The notes: a model not told the origin generated them from the letters alone. DNA of 64,000 nt from Bdellovibrionales bacterium (GCA_965219095.1 OZ244719.1:642142-706141), one strand, 5' to 3'. Positions 1 through 10,304 are shown, numbered from the stretch's first letter. Numbers and translations are program-made.

Positions 1-1
1 T

Positions 2-358
2 GAGGATCTATCCAAAATAAAACTTAACTTTCATAAAGCTACAACAGCTTCAGGGGATAAACTCTTTGGATCTGTAACGGCTGTGGATATTGCAAAAGAA
101 CTTCAAAAACAAAACTTTGAAGTCAACCGCCGAGATGTAAAAACAGAGCCCTTAAAAACTTTAGGCGAACACAAAATTCCTATTAGTTTTTCAAAGGACA
201 TGAGCGTAGACATCACACTTATCATTGAAAAGAAGGTTGAAAAAAAAGAAGAATCATCAAAAAACTCTTCAGATTCTAAGCCTTCTTCAGATTCTAAGCC
301 TTCTTCAGATTCTAAGCCTTCTTCAGATTCTAAGCCTTCTTCAGATTCTAAGCTGTGA
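2..358 (+). CDS. rplI: 50S ribosomal protein L9, C-terminal part (5' end outside window), with SSDSKP repeat tail
   Basis: Frame from nt 2 reads ...SGDKLFGSVTAVDIAKEL...PLKTLGEHKIPI, the L9 C-domain KLFGSVT signature. Confidence 0.9.
   Translation, partial: EDLSKIKLNFHKATTASGDKLFGSVTAVDIAKELQKQNFEVNRRDVKTEPLKTLGEHKIPISFSKDMSVDITLIIEKKVEKKEESSKNSSDSKPSSDSKPSSDSKPSSDSKPSSDSKL
266..353 (+). repeat. 18-bp tandem repeat TCTTCAGATTCTAAGCCT, about 5 copies, encoding (SSDSKP)n
   Basis: Four full units and one 16-nt unit read directly. Confidence 0.97.
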
Positions 359-365
359 TAGTTGC

Positions 366-593
366 AACTTAAATCACTTAAACTCATAAACCTTTTTTTC
401 TCCATCCTCTTTGTTAGTAAAACAAGACCACTACCATCATAGAACAGACCTTTTAATCTCCTTCTATTAAAACCTAGAAATAGATAAAGATCTCCCAAGT
501 TGATCTCACCTTTCATCTCACTTCTCACCAAATAACTCAACCTCTCAAAACTCCATCGCATATCTATCTTTTGAGAGCAGACAAAAATACGAA
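366..593 (-). pseudogene. IS66 tnpB (Orf2) fragment
   Basis: Near-identical to part of 61172-61501 (DMRWSFERLSYLVR...YDGSGLVLLTKRME); truncated at both ends. Confidence 0.85.
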
Positions 594-620
594 AGATGAA
601 TCAAGCTTGTAAATTAATTT

Positions 621-807
621 GAACCTATAAATTAAATTGTGTAACTGATTTTTTCATTTTAAATTTTACCCTCACTTTTTCACACTTATTTTAACCCATC
701 AATCGATTCACACAACAAATAGATATACATGAAATAAACATATCTTATGAAAACTCAACCTTCCCTCAAAAGAACCTCCGGGAACCCACAGATTCTTTTG
801 AGGAGGC
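621..807 (+). repeat. About 190-bp dispersed repeat (GAGCCTGTAAATTAAATTGTGTAACTGA-type end plus ISL3-derived hairpin), copy 1
   Basis: Closely matches 41702-41889. Confidence 0.9.
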
Positions 808-887
808 AAAATTTTAAATTGGAACATAAAAATGTTGAATTAATTTCTGTAATTGGTATTACATTTAATGAGCTTCATGAACTCACC

Positions 888-1127
888 TCATGTCTTTATT
901 TTTTTTTTAGCTTTAACGAGTTCATCTTGGATGTAATCAACTAAAATCATACGAAGTTCTTCTAACTCAAGATTTTCAGGATTTTTATGGGTGGATTTTT
1001 TAACGAACTTTGAAACATCCTCAAACCAATTGTCTTCTTTGGATTCGCACAATTTTTTAAGTTGAGCGAAAGGCCGATTTTTATAACTCACAGGGTTATT
1101 ATAGTTAGAAGAAAAAAACAAACTCAA
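888..1127 (-). CDS. Hypothetical protein (79 aa), possibly a gene remnant
   Basis: ORF downstream of dnaB; no recognisable motif. Confidence 0.3.
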   Translation of the reverse strand: MSLFFSSNYNNPVSYKNRPFAQLKKLCESKEDNWFEDVSKFVKKSTHKNPENLELEELRMILVDYIQDELVKAKKKIKT

Positions 1128-1172
1128 CGGATTAATGAGAAACTGGTCTTAAGACTTTAAAAAACTGCAAGA

Positions 1173-2612
1173 TCAGTCAGCAAAGTTTTTTGTTTGAGAC
1201 AAGTCAGGCATTCTCTCAAGACCATGGTCTGAAGAAGGAGGACTATCTATATATGGTCTTGAATCAGGGCCTCCTATAGGAGGAGGAGACTCTTGTCCTA
1301 CGTAATTACTGAACAGGCCATACTCAGGATTCCACTTGAGCTTAACCATCCCTGTAGGCCCATTTCTTTGTTTGTTCACAATCAACTCTGCAATACCTTT
1401 GTGTTCAGAGTGACGGTTATAGTATTCATCTCGGTAAAGCATCATAATCAAGTCAGCATCTTGTTCAATAGATCCTGATTCTCTTAAGTCTGATAACTGG
1501 GGTCTTTGATCACTTCTGTTTTCTACAGCACGATTTAACTGTGCAAGAGCAATTACAGGAACCTTCAACTCTTTCGACAAAGCCTTAAGTTGTCGTGAAA
1601 TCTCTGAAACCTCCCTCTCCCTACTTTCTACTTTTTTATTAAGGATCATCAGCTGCAGATAATCAATCACTATCATATCTAAGCCGTTCTTAGATTTAAG
1701 CTTACGACACTTTGAGCGAATTTCTGCAGGGCTTATAGGAGTTGTATCGTCAATAAAAAGTTTTGCCTCACTTAAAACAGAGGCTTTTTTCATAAGAATA
1801 TCCCAGGACTTATCCGCTAAGTTTCCCACCCTTAAGTGACTTAAGGGAATACGAGTCATTTGGGAGAGCATTCTAATAGCCATTTGCTCTTTACTCATCT
1901 CTACAGAGAAAAAAGCTACACTTTGTTTGTTCTCTAAAAGAGCATGTAAGGTGAAATTGACTAAAAAAGCTGTTTTCCCCATAGAAGGTCTTGCCGCCAC
2001 TATAATCATCTCACTTTCTTTGAATCCTGCTGTCATGTAATCAAGCTCATTAAAACCCGAAGCAATACCAATGACATCTCCCTTTTGTCCACTTAAACGA
2101 TGAAGAGAGTCCATACTTAACTCCATCAGCTGACTAGCAGAGGTCATGTCCTGCAATTTTTTTTCTCCACTAATAGAGAAAATTTCCGCTTCAGTATCAT
2201 TAAGAAAATCAAAAACATCTTCAAAATCTTGTTTATAAGCACGTTCTATGATTTTTTCACTTATGTGAATAACATTTCTTATCACCTTTTTTTCGCTGAC
2301 AATTTTAGCATGATAAACAATGTTGGCTGCTGAGGGAGTTTTATCTAAGAGCTCGGTTAAATAAGTCTGTCCTCCTATTTGTTCTAAAAAACCTTTCTCT
2401 TGAAGAAGGTTAATGGTTGTCACCAAGTCTGTGGCTTCATTTTTATCTTTTAAGAAGCATAGAATTTCATAAATTTTTTGATGACTTGGTTTATAAAAGC
2501 TACTAGGCGTAAGAAGAGAGTTCACCTCATCCCAAGCTTCTGTCTCTAGAAGAAGACCTCCTAAAACAGCTTGCTCAGCCTCTAAGCTATGAGGGGGAAG
2601 TTTACCTATCAA
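1173..2612 (-). CDS. dnaB: Replicative DNA helicase
   Basis: LPPHSLEAEQAVLG N-terminus, Walker A AARPSMGKT, DYLQL, SDLRESGSIEQDAD, KQRNGPTG. Confidence 0.98.
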   Translation of the reverse strand: MIGKLPPHSLEAEQAVLGGLLLETEAWDEVNSLLTPSSFYKPSHQKIYEILCFLKDKNEATDLVTTINLLQEKGFLEQIGGQTYLTELLDKTPSAANIVYHAKIVSEKKVIRNVIHISEKIIERAYKQDFEDVFDFLNDTEAEIFSISGEKKLQDMTSASQLMELSMDSLHRLSGQKGDVIGIASGFNELDYMTAGFKESEMIIVAARPSMGKTAFLVNFTLHALLENKQSVAFFSVEMSKEQMAIRMLSQMTRIPLSHLRVGNLADKSWDILMKKASVLSEAKLFIDDTTPISPAEIRSKCRKLKSKNGLDMIVIDYLQLMILNKKVESREREVSEISRQLKALSKELKVPVIALAQLNRAVENRSDQRPQLSDLRESGSIEQDADLIMMLYRDEYYNRHSEHKGIAELIVNKQRNGPTGMVKLKWNPEYGLFSNYVGQESPPPIGGPDSRPYIDSPPSSDHGLERMPDLSQTKNFAD

Positions 2613-2614
2613 GT

Positions 2615-2926
2615 TTACAAACCTCCTTTTTTACTTTTTTTACTGCTAATCTTGAACTGATCCATTTTCCTTTTTAAAGTGTTGCGACTAATGCCTAAAG
2701 CTTTTGAAGCTTTTGTTTGATTGCTTCCGTGAGCTTTTAAAACTCTCATCAAAAGAGTCTTTTCAACAGGCCCTAAGATGTTTTCATAAAGTCCAGATAT
2801 GGGAACTTGGTTTTTTTTGCTTTCAGATAAAAAAACATCTAACTTGCTTTCTACAAGCTTCTCAAGGCTTACATTTTTAAGATTCGCTACAAAAAGATGT
2901 TCTGAATTGTGAATGTCTAGACCCAT
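2615..2926 (-). CDS. Fis-family helix-turn-helix protein
   Basis: LYENILGPVEKTLL...SNQTKASKALGISRNTLKRK, Fis/HTH_8 pattern. Confidence 0.8.
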   Translation of the reverse strand: MGLDIHNSEHLFVANLKNVSLEKLVESKLDVFLSESKKNQVPISGLYENILGPVEKTLLMRVLKAHGSNQTKASKALGISRNTLKRKMDQFKISSKKSKKGGL

Positions 2927-3153
2927 TTTTCCTCCTTAGTTTTGTGTCTCATATGTATTTGTAAAATTCCTCACACAAAAAGCTATATAAAAAAACTCAA
3001 AAAGACAAATCTTTTTTTTATAACGTCACATAACAACAGAAAGAAAGTCCCTTTGAAAGTAAAAGGCTTTTGAGATCAGAAAAGATGCTCTTACAGACTA
3101 AAGTCAACCCCTCTTACTTTAAAAAGAAATTTTTATTAAAATAAAAATAAGAG

Positions 3154-5493
3154 ATGCCTAAAAGTATAAAAAAGGACTTGCTTTTTATTTTTTGGACCAG
3201 TGCTTGTGCATTTCTGTTTCTATCTCTATTGAGCTTTAGCCCTTATGACCCCTCTTTTAATTCTATAGGACAAGAATTTACAAAAATCAAAAACTTTTGT
3301 GGCTTGTTAGGATCTTTTCTCTCCGACACACTTTATCAATTCTTCGGCATAGGAGCTTGGTTGGTGCTTATTCTTTTTTTGCGTTGCGCATGGAGGAGTT
3401 TTAACCAAGAAAAAGTCATTAAAAATAACCTCCTGCCCTCTTTTTTCATTATAAATACCTGTAGCTTGTTAAACCTTTACGGACCGCAAATCTATTTGTT
3501 TGAAAAACAAATTCCTTTAGGAGGAGTTTTGGGAGCTTTTGTTGTAAAACATTTGATACCTCTTGTAAGTTTTTACGGACTTTCTATTATGCTGTGGGCT
3601 ATTTTTATAGCTCTTATAACTTTCTATACAAAAATTTCTATTTTCCAATGGATTTTTGCAACGAAAGCCTTAACCTCTCTCAAAGAGGCTTTTAAAACTT
3701 GCTTTAAAATCCTTATCTTTTTTTGGTTTTTACTTTTTGAAAAAACTCTTAGTTTTTTCAAAACTAGTTTTCACAAATTAAAATCTATGAAACCTAGAAG
3801 AAAGAAAGTAGGAGAGATTTTAGAAGTTAATTTTTCACAAAATCAAGAAGCCCTACATCTAAAAGAAAAAAATAAACAAGAAGTGAATACAACAGAAATG
3901 AACACAGAGTTTTTGAAAGAAGAAAACCCTCAGTCAGAAAAAAATCTTCGTTTTTCTCTTTCTAAAAAAGAAACCTATCATCTTAAATCCTCTTTTCAAA
4001 AAGAACAAAAAGCCCACCTCTCATCATGGCTTCTACCTCCTCTTTCTCTTCTAGAAGCCCCATCTTCTCTGAAAAAGCCCATCCATCAAAAAAATATAGA
4101 AAAAAAAGCTCAACTCTTAAAACACAAACTCTCTCAATTCAAAGTGGAAGGGAAAATCACGGCTGTTAAGTCAGGCCCTGCTATCACACTGTTTGAGTTC
4201 AAGCCTAATTCTGATGTGAAAATCAGCCGTATTACCGAGTTAGCTGATGATCTTTGTTTGGCTTTAAGTTGTGAATCAGTAAGGATTTTAGCTCCCATTC
4301 CAGGAAGAGACGTAGTGGGTATCGAAACTTCTAACGATTGCAGACAAACTGTGGGACTAAGAGAGTGTATTGAACAAGATCTTTTTTGGTCAAACGAAGT
4401 AAAGCTTCCTCTTTGTTTAGGAAAACGGGCCGAAGGAACTCCTACGATTGTAGATTTATCTAAAATCCCCCACACTCTTATAGCAGGAACAACAGGATCT
4501 GGAAAGTCTGTCTTTGTAGTTAGCTGTTTGATAAGCCTCATCTACAAACACTCACCAAAAACTTTAAAACTTATTTTAATTGATCCTAAGCAAGTGGATC
4601 TAAGTGTGTTCCAAAAGCTCCCCCATCTTTTGATGCCCGTTCTTAAAACTCCTAAAAAAGCCATTACAGCTTTAAAGTGGGCCGTTGATGAAATGAATCG
4701 ACGCTATCGATCCATGGCAACGTTCGAAATGCGTGATTTAGAGAGTTTTAATAAAAAAGTAAAATCTTTATCTCCTTCTGAAAGACAAAAACATAACAAG
4801 ATCAATGAAGAGCTAAGCTCTAAAGAAAAGTATTACTTTGAACCACAGCCTTTGATTGTCATTTTAGTAGAGGAGTTCGGAGATTTAATGGCTGTAGATA
4901 AGGGTCAAGTAGAACCTTTAGTGGTAAGACTAGCTCAAATGGCTAGAGCCTGTAGCATCCACCTTATTTTAGCTATGCAAAGTCCCAGAAAAGATGTTGT
5001 AACAGGGCTTATTAAGACAAACATTCCAGGACGTATTAGTTTTAAAGTGGCAAGTAGCCTAGACTCGAGAGTGATCTTAGATGAAGGGGGAGCGGAAAGA
5101 CTTCTTGCAAGAGGAGATATGCTTTATATGGCACCTAGTGTGAATCGCCCTCAAAGACATCACGGAGCTTGGGTTTCAGAAGAAGAGTTATCAGGAGTTT
5201 TAAAACATTGGTTCACTCAAGGAGAGCCTGAGTTTGTGGAAAGCTTTCCTAGTTTTCAAAAAAAATCCTCAGAAGCTTCTTATAGCTCTCAAGGGCTTTG
5301 TCTTGAAGATGATGACAAGTGTGAAGAGCTGATGGCCTTACTTGCCACAGAAAAATACATCAGTGCGTCTTTAATACAAAGACGTCTTTCTTTAGGCTAC
5401 CCTAGAGCTGCAAGACTTGTTGAACTCTTAGAAGAAAAAGGACTCATAGGACCCTCTCATGGAAGTAAGCCTCGCAAAGTGTTGAATCATTAA
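3154..5493 (+). CDS. ftsK: DNA translocase FtsK
   Basis: N-terminal 4TM region, Walker A GTTGSGKS, GAERLLARGDML, gamma domain LIQRRLSLGYPRAARL. Confidence 0.97.
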   Translation: MPKSIKKDLLFIFWTSACAFLFLSLLSFSPYDPSFNSIGQEFTKIKNFCGLLGSFLSDTLYQFFGIGAWLVLILFLRCAWRSFNQEKVIKNNLLPSFFIINTCSLLNLYGPQIYLFEKQIPLGGVLGAFVVKHLIPLVSFYGLSIMLWAIFIALITFYTKISIFQWIFATKALTSLKEAFKTCFKILIFFWFLLFEKTLSFFKTSFHKLKSMKPRRKKVGEILEVNFSQNQEALHLKEKNKQEVNTTEMNTEFLKEENPQSEKNLRFSLSKKETYHLKSSFQKEQKAHLSSWLLPPLSLLEAPSSLKKPIHQKNIEKKAQLLKHKLSQFKVEGKITAVKSGPAITLFEFKPNSDVKISRITELADDLCLALSCESVRILAPIPGRDVVGIETSNDCRQTVGLRECIEQDLFWSNEVKLPLCLGKRAEGTPTIVDLSKIPHTLIAGTTGSGKSVFVVSCLISLIYKHSPKTLKLILIDPKQVDLSVFQKLPHLLMPVLKTPKKAITALKWAVDEMNRRYRSMATFEMRDLESFNKKVKSLSPSERQKHNKINEELSSKEKYYFEPQPLIVILVEEFGDLMAVDKGQVEPLVVRLAQMARACSIHLILAMQSPRKDVVTGLIKTNIPGRISFKVASSLDSRVILDEGGAERLLARGDMLYMAPSVNRPQRHHGAWVSEEELSGVLKHWFTQGEPEFVESFPSFQKKSSEASYSSQGLCLEDDDKCEELMALLATEKYISASLIQRRLSLGYPRAARLVELLEEKGLIGPSHGSKPRKVLNH

Positions 5494-5508
5494 AAAAGTG
5501 TTAGAGAT

Positions 5509-5667
5509 ATGAAACATACTTTATGTCAAAAAGATTTAAAAAAGATTGTTTGTTTTTTTATAGTAAGCTCTTTTATGGTTTCTTTGTTTTTTCTCTTAGG
5601 TTGTGGTGTGAAAGGAGATCCTAAACCACCCCTTTTATACCCTAACAAAAAAGAATCTGGAGAATAG
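5509..5667 (+). CDS. Small lipoprotein (52 aa), LptM/YifL-like; below the ORF-track size cut-off
   Basis: MKHTLCQKDLKKIVCFFIVSSFMVSLFFLLG-CGVKGDPKPP...; lipobox LLGC followed by CGxKG..P. Confidence 0.65.
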   Translation: MKHTLCQKDLKKIVCFFIVSSFMVSLFFLLGCGVKGDPKPPLLYPNKKESGE

Positions 5668-5678
5668 TACAGTGTAAC

Positions 5679-8047
5679 GGTTTTGTTGCACGCTGAGCCT
5701 CTGAACTTAACTAAGGTTTAGTGATTCATTGATAAACACAAGATGCTTTCCTGTAACCTAGTGTTCTGAGCAGTAATTTTTTTCACAATTTTCAAGCCTT
5801 TAATCCAGGTCATTTTATTAAATTATTTTTATGTTAAAAAGAATAAAAGTGAAATGCTTAGAGCTATACCAATTCCAAAAGTTAATTCTACATTTTCATG
5901 TATAAGTTTGGATTTTTACTTCTAGAAATTTATAACTTTTAAGTACAGGTAAAGAGTGTATCAAATTCATTGGAAAGATATGATTCTCTAATGTTTATAT
6001 ACAATTTAGTTTACAGGCTCTTACAGGCTCGTCTCACTTTTTATAATGGAACTTTTCTCTGGCCGATTTTCTTGAAAAATTCCATTATATTGTCATCTTC
6101 CGTCTGTTCATAATATTCACCCAAACCTTGGTTCTTTTTCTTAAAGTTTCTATGTCAGGTATTCTTAATTTTCCTAAACATTGACGAGAGTACATATTGA
6201 TTGCAATTTCTGCTTGATTTAACCAACTTCCATGATTCGGAGTGTAATGAACCTCAAAGCGAGACCATAGATGCAAACCTCGCTCTTTTCCATAAAAATC
6301 AGTAAGACTTTTTTTTCTATGAGTGTTCAAATTATCCATAACTAGAACAATCTTCTTGGAATCAGAATAATGTCTCTCAACAGAAGATAAAAACTTAGCA
6401 AAATCCGGACCTGTCCTTCTCTCTGTTACCTTATTCATATAAAAACCTCTCTTAGGCTCCACAGCACAGAAAACATTTGCTGTACCCTCTCTTTTATACT
6501 CATAATCTACTTTTTTTACTTCCGAGGGACGACACAACCCGATGGAGGACGAACATCATCAAGTAACTGAAGAGGCATCAATACACACAACAGGCTTTCC
6601 TTTAATCGGAGGCTTCTCATACACTTTCAAAACATCCTCCATCCTCTCTATAAATTCATCATTAAGCTCCGGTACACATCAGCTCTTCTATTGCCAAGGT
6701 TTTAGAGCATGTTCTAAAAGAATAGTCCTAACTTTTTCTTTGCTAATAGAGTCTACAATCTTGTTTTTTTCTGCCCTCTCTTTAATGAGCTCTAAAGTCC
6801 ATCGATCAAAGCCCTCCGGAGGATCTGAGCAGACCATAGCTATAATCTTTGACTTTATACGATCATCAAACTTTGGAGGTTTTCCAGGACGAGGATCATC
6901 TTCAAGGGCTTTTTTCAAACCAAAATCCTCATAGTTTTTTTGGATGTTGAAAACAGTTCTAGGAGTTATCTCTAAGTAATCTGCTGTCTCTACGGCAGTT
7001 AATCTTTTGTTCCTTAAGTTTAGAACATTGGCTCGATATATGGCTCTTGGATTTTTAGACTTCTTTATAATTTTAAGAATTTCTCTCTTATCTTTTGGCT
7101 TTAATAAATTTAACATATGAGTATTAAAACATAAAAAAATAAATAAATAAAATGACCTGGATTAAAGGCTTGAAAATCGTGAAAAAAATTACTGGTCAGA
7201 ACACTAGAGCCCTTAGAAATACAAAACAAGGATAGTTTGGGGGTTTTATAGGAAAATGTTCTAAAAAGATGGAAAAAATATAATAAAGAACTCGTTAAGT
7301 ATGGTTCTATTACTTTTTTGTTTTCTGATTACAGCACTGTATGTCGTTGTTTAAAGGACTGCTCTATAGAACTAGGGAAAATTAAATCAAAAGAAAAATG
7401 TATTGTGATTGATTCTACAGGCGTAAAAATTTATGGAGATGGAGAGTGGAGAGCAAAAAGTATGGTCCTTTAAAAAGAAGAAACTGGAAAAAGCTTCATC
7501 TATGTGTTGATGAAAAAAAGTGGCCAGATTGTAGCATCTACTCTAACGGACAATTTTCTGGGTGATTCGGAAATTTTTGGAGATTTATTAAGAGGTCTTG
7601 AAGATCATATTTTCAAAATCAGAGCAGTCCAGAGCTTATGATACTAAGGGTTGTTAGGATCATTAGTGAAAGAAAAAAAAATTCAAGCTGTAATTCCTCT
7701 AAGAAAGAGGGCCGGGATAAACCAACATGGAAATAATAAATCTCCACTAAAACAAAGAGATAAAGCGATCCGAGCCATATGTAAAAAAGGTAAAGAAGTT
7801 AGCAAAAAAGAAAATAACTACGCCTTGTCGTTTTATTGCTGAAACGACTATGTATCAATTCAAACAACTTCTTAGGAGCAAAACTTAATTCAAGAAATTT
7901 TATAAATCAAGCTAATGAAGCCTTCATAAAATACAAGATTCTCAATCAAATGAAAACCCCTTCAGCTATCAGACTCCAAACTCAATAGGAATGATGTCAC
8001 CTCAAGTGGAAACAACTTGATCTAAAATACTTATGTACAATAAAGCC
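5679..8047 (+). mobile_element. Degenerate IS5-family (IS903-group-like) element interrupted by an IS630 unit
   Basis: Ends GGTTTTGTTGCA and TGTACAATAAAGCC; frameshifted transposase remnants 7250-7990 (IDSTGVKIYGDGEW, WKKLHL); flanks of the IS630 rejoin to match the uninterrupted copy at 24529-24700. Confidence 0.8.
5759..7206 (-). mobile_element. IS630-family unit with about 60-bp inverted ends and TA duplication; transposase pseudogene
   Basis: TAGTGTTCTGA.CAGTAATTTTTTTCAC..TTTTCAAGCCTTTAATCCAGGTCATTTT at both ends; ORF pieces 6688-7116 and 6085-6537 (DYEYKREGT, DNLNTH, SWLNQAE) with in-frame stops. Confidence 0.85.
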
Positions 8048-8051
8048 TGCT

Positions 8052-8363
8052 TTATTTACACTCTAAGTATATGTTCATACTGCAACTTGAAGAGGCCCAG
8101 GCCCCACCTGTTTTTACTTGATCTATAATTTCCCCAGGCCTTCCTTGTAATCTATAACATTCATCTTGAGCGGCTGCTATTGCTTGGAATGACGCACAAG
8201 AACAAGTAGCTATAGTCCCTGCGCAGAAACCAGAGCCTGTTACAATTTTATTCTTACTATACCTATTGTTGTCGCCACTCATCGGTCCATTAGGGCCGAC
8301 TGCATAGGAATAGGAGGGTGAAAACATAGATAAGCTTAAAATCATAAATATAATTTTTTTCAT
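8052..8363 (-). CDS. Small secreted cysteine-rich protein (103 aa)
   Basis: AAAGGAG RBS before ATG at 8363; MKKIIFMILSLSMFSPSYSYA signal peptide; 6 Cys in the mature part. Confidence 0.7.
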   Translation of the reverse strand: MKKIIFMILSLSMFSPSYSYAVGPNGPMSGDNNRYSKNKIVTGSGFCAGTIATCSCASFQAIAAAQDECYRLQGRPGEIIDQVKTGGAWASSSCSMNIYLECK

Positions 8364-8564
8364 TTTTTCTCCTTTCTTTTTGTATTTTGTTTCTGTCAAT
8401 CAGAATAATTGAATGGAATCATTTTTAAAACAGACAGAAGTGTACAAAAGTGGACATATAAATTTTTTAAAAAGGATTGTAAAAATAACAAAGATTATAG
8501 AAATAACAATAAATTGACATCCTCATATGGATGACCAATCAATCAAGCAAGAAAAGTAAGTCGG

Positions 8565-8608
8565 TGATCTTCCCCCAAAAAACTGTCCACTTTTTTGGGG
8601 GAAGATCG
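8565..8608. repeat. 44-bp hairpin built from the IS3 right end
   Basis: TGATCTTCCCCCAAAAAA-CTGTCCAC-TTTTTTGGGGGAAGATC; arms equal the IS3 terminus at 26233 and 63980. Confidence 0.85.
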
Positions 8609-8700
8609 GGTAAACTGTAGAACTCTTTATAATCTCTGTTATTTTGTGAGTTGTTATTTAGAGCCTGTGAGAAAAAAGATCAAAGAGGAACTTTTTAAAC

Positions 8701-9981
8701 TAGTACAGCATAACATTAAATTTTAATATTTTCATAATGCCTCTTAAACTTATTTCTAGCCTTATTATTTGTAAACTGCCAATTAATTTTGATTCTGTCT
8801 TTGTTTCTCTTACGGGTCCAAGTTTCTACTTCTTTTTTTAGTTGTTCAAAACTTCCTATACGTCGGTTTAAACATTGCTTTGAAAGAGCCGAAAACTCGA
8901 TTTCTGCCATATTTAACCAACTGGCCTTTTTAGGAGTATAAATCATCTCAAGTCTATTTTTTAACTCCAAGGCCTTTTGAGCTGGCATGTTCTCATAAAA
9001 AGAAGAGCCATTGTGAGTGTTTAAATTATCTTGTATCAATGTGATCTTGTCTACGTCCTTATAATATAAGGACATTTTTCTCATGAAAAGAGCATAATCT
9101 TTCTTTGTTTTTCTCTTTCTTACCTCTACAATTCTTCTTCCACTCAATGGCTCTATGGCTAAGAACACAACACAGGTTCCATTTCTTTTGTAATGATAAT
9201 CCTCTCTTTTTTCTTTTCCAGGGCTTACAGGAACTGGCATCAAAACATCTTCTATCAATTGACAAGGACGCTCATCAAAACAAAGAACAGGACGATTAGA
9301 ATCTAGCTTTCTTTCATAAACTTCTAAAACAGACTCCATTTGGCAAATAAAATGAGAATCGATCTTGCTTAAACACCACTGTCTTTTTAAATGAGGTTTG
9401 ACTTCGTTTTTTTTAATATACGACCCACATGGGTGTGAGAAATAGAGTCTACAACATTTAACTCAACCAACTTATCAGATAGCATCTGTAAACTCCATCG
9501 ACCATAACCTTCAGGAGCTTTCGTACAAGCTAAACTCGTAATCTTCGTCCTTTGCTTCCCTGTAAACTTAGGAGGCTTTCCAGGACGAGGAGCATCATAA
9601 AGTGCTCTCCCTAATCCTCCCTTCAAGTACCCTTCTTTGATATTTTGAATAGTCCCTAAAGTTCTCACTCCAAGAATCTCACAAACCTCTGTGGAACCCT
9701 TCCCTTGATGGCTTAAAAGTAAAACCCTGGCTCGTGTTAAAACTCGAGACTGATTCACTCCCTTCTTCAACATCTTCTCTAATTTTGTCTTCTCTGAACT
9801 CTTTAACTTTATCCTTACTTTTGGCTTTCTTTTTGCTTTTGGATTTGCTCTTGCCTTTGTTTTTAATTTCATCTTTGATCTCATATCCCCTCCTTGGACT
9901 TTTTATTAAACTACAACAAATATTATAGGAACAACAAAAATACAAGTCAAATATATTGAAATTTAAGGTTATGCTGTACTA
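8701..9981 (-). mobile_element. IS630-family element, apparently intact, two ORFs joined by -1 frameshift
   Basis: Terminal IR GTACAGCATAAC with TA duplication; OrfA 9387-9884, OrfB to 8716; A8 slippery site at LKKTKS/LKKNEV; FDERP, DNLNTH, SWLNMAEIEF. Confidence 0.93.
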
Positions 9982-10229
9982 GACAAAACGATTCATAGTG
10001 AATACTTGTTGTGAGGCCTGGAATGCTTTTTGCGATCAAGAGGGCAGGATTAAAAAATTATGCACTTGATCTTGGGGAAACCAACAAGATGAACCAAGCT
10101 TGTAAATTAATTTTAACAGTGCTTTACCTTTTTAGGAATGTCGAAAACACACGCTGTTGTAAGATGAAAAATCAACAAAAAGGCTAACTTTACAAAAAAT
10201 TATGAATTGTACAACAAAGCCGATTGAAG

Positions 10230-10304
10230 TGGCGTTCCCTACGGGACTCGAACCCGTGTCTTCACCGTGAAAGGGTGGTATCCTAACCGCTAGACGAAGG
10301 GAAC
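10230..10304 (-). tRNA. tRNA-Glu(TTC)
   Basis: GTTCCCTTCGTCTAGCGGTTAGGATACCACCCTTTCACGGTG...GGTTCGAGTCCCGTAGGGAACGCCA; cloverleaf with CCA. Confidence 0.95.

Noticed and set aside
266..353. Possible CRISPR array
   Set aside because: Units are contiguous without spacers and in frame in rplI; no cas genes in the window
103..561. 152-aa ORF with EGLESE repeats
   Set aside because: Chimera of an IS66 tnpB fragment reading into the antisense strand of rplI
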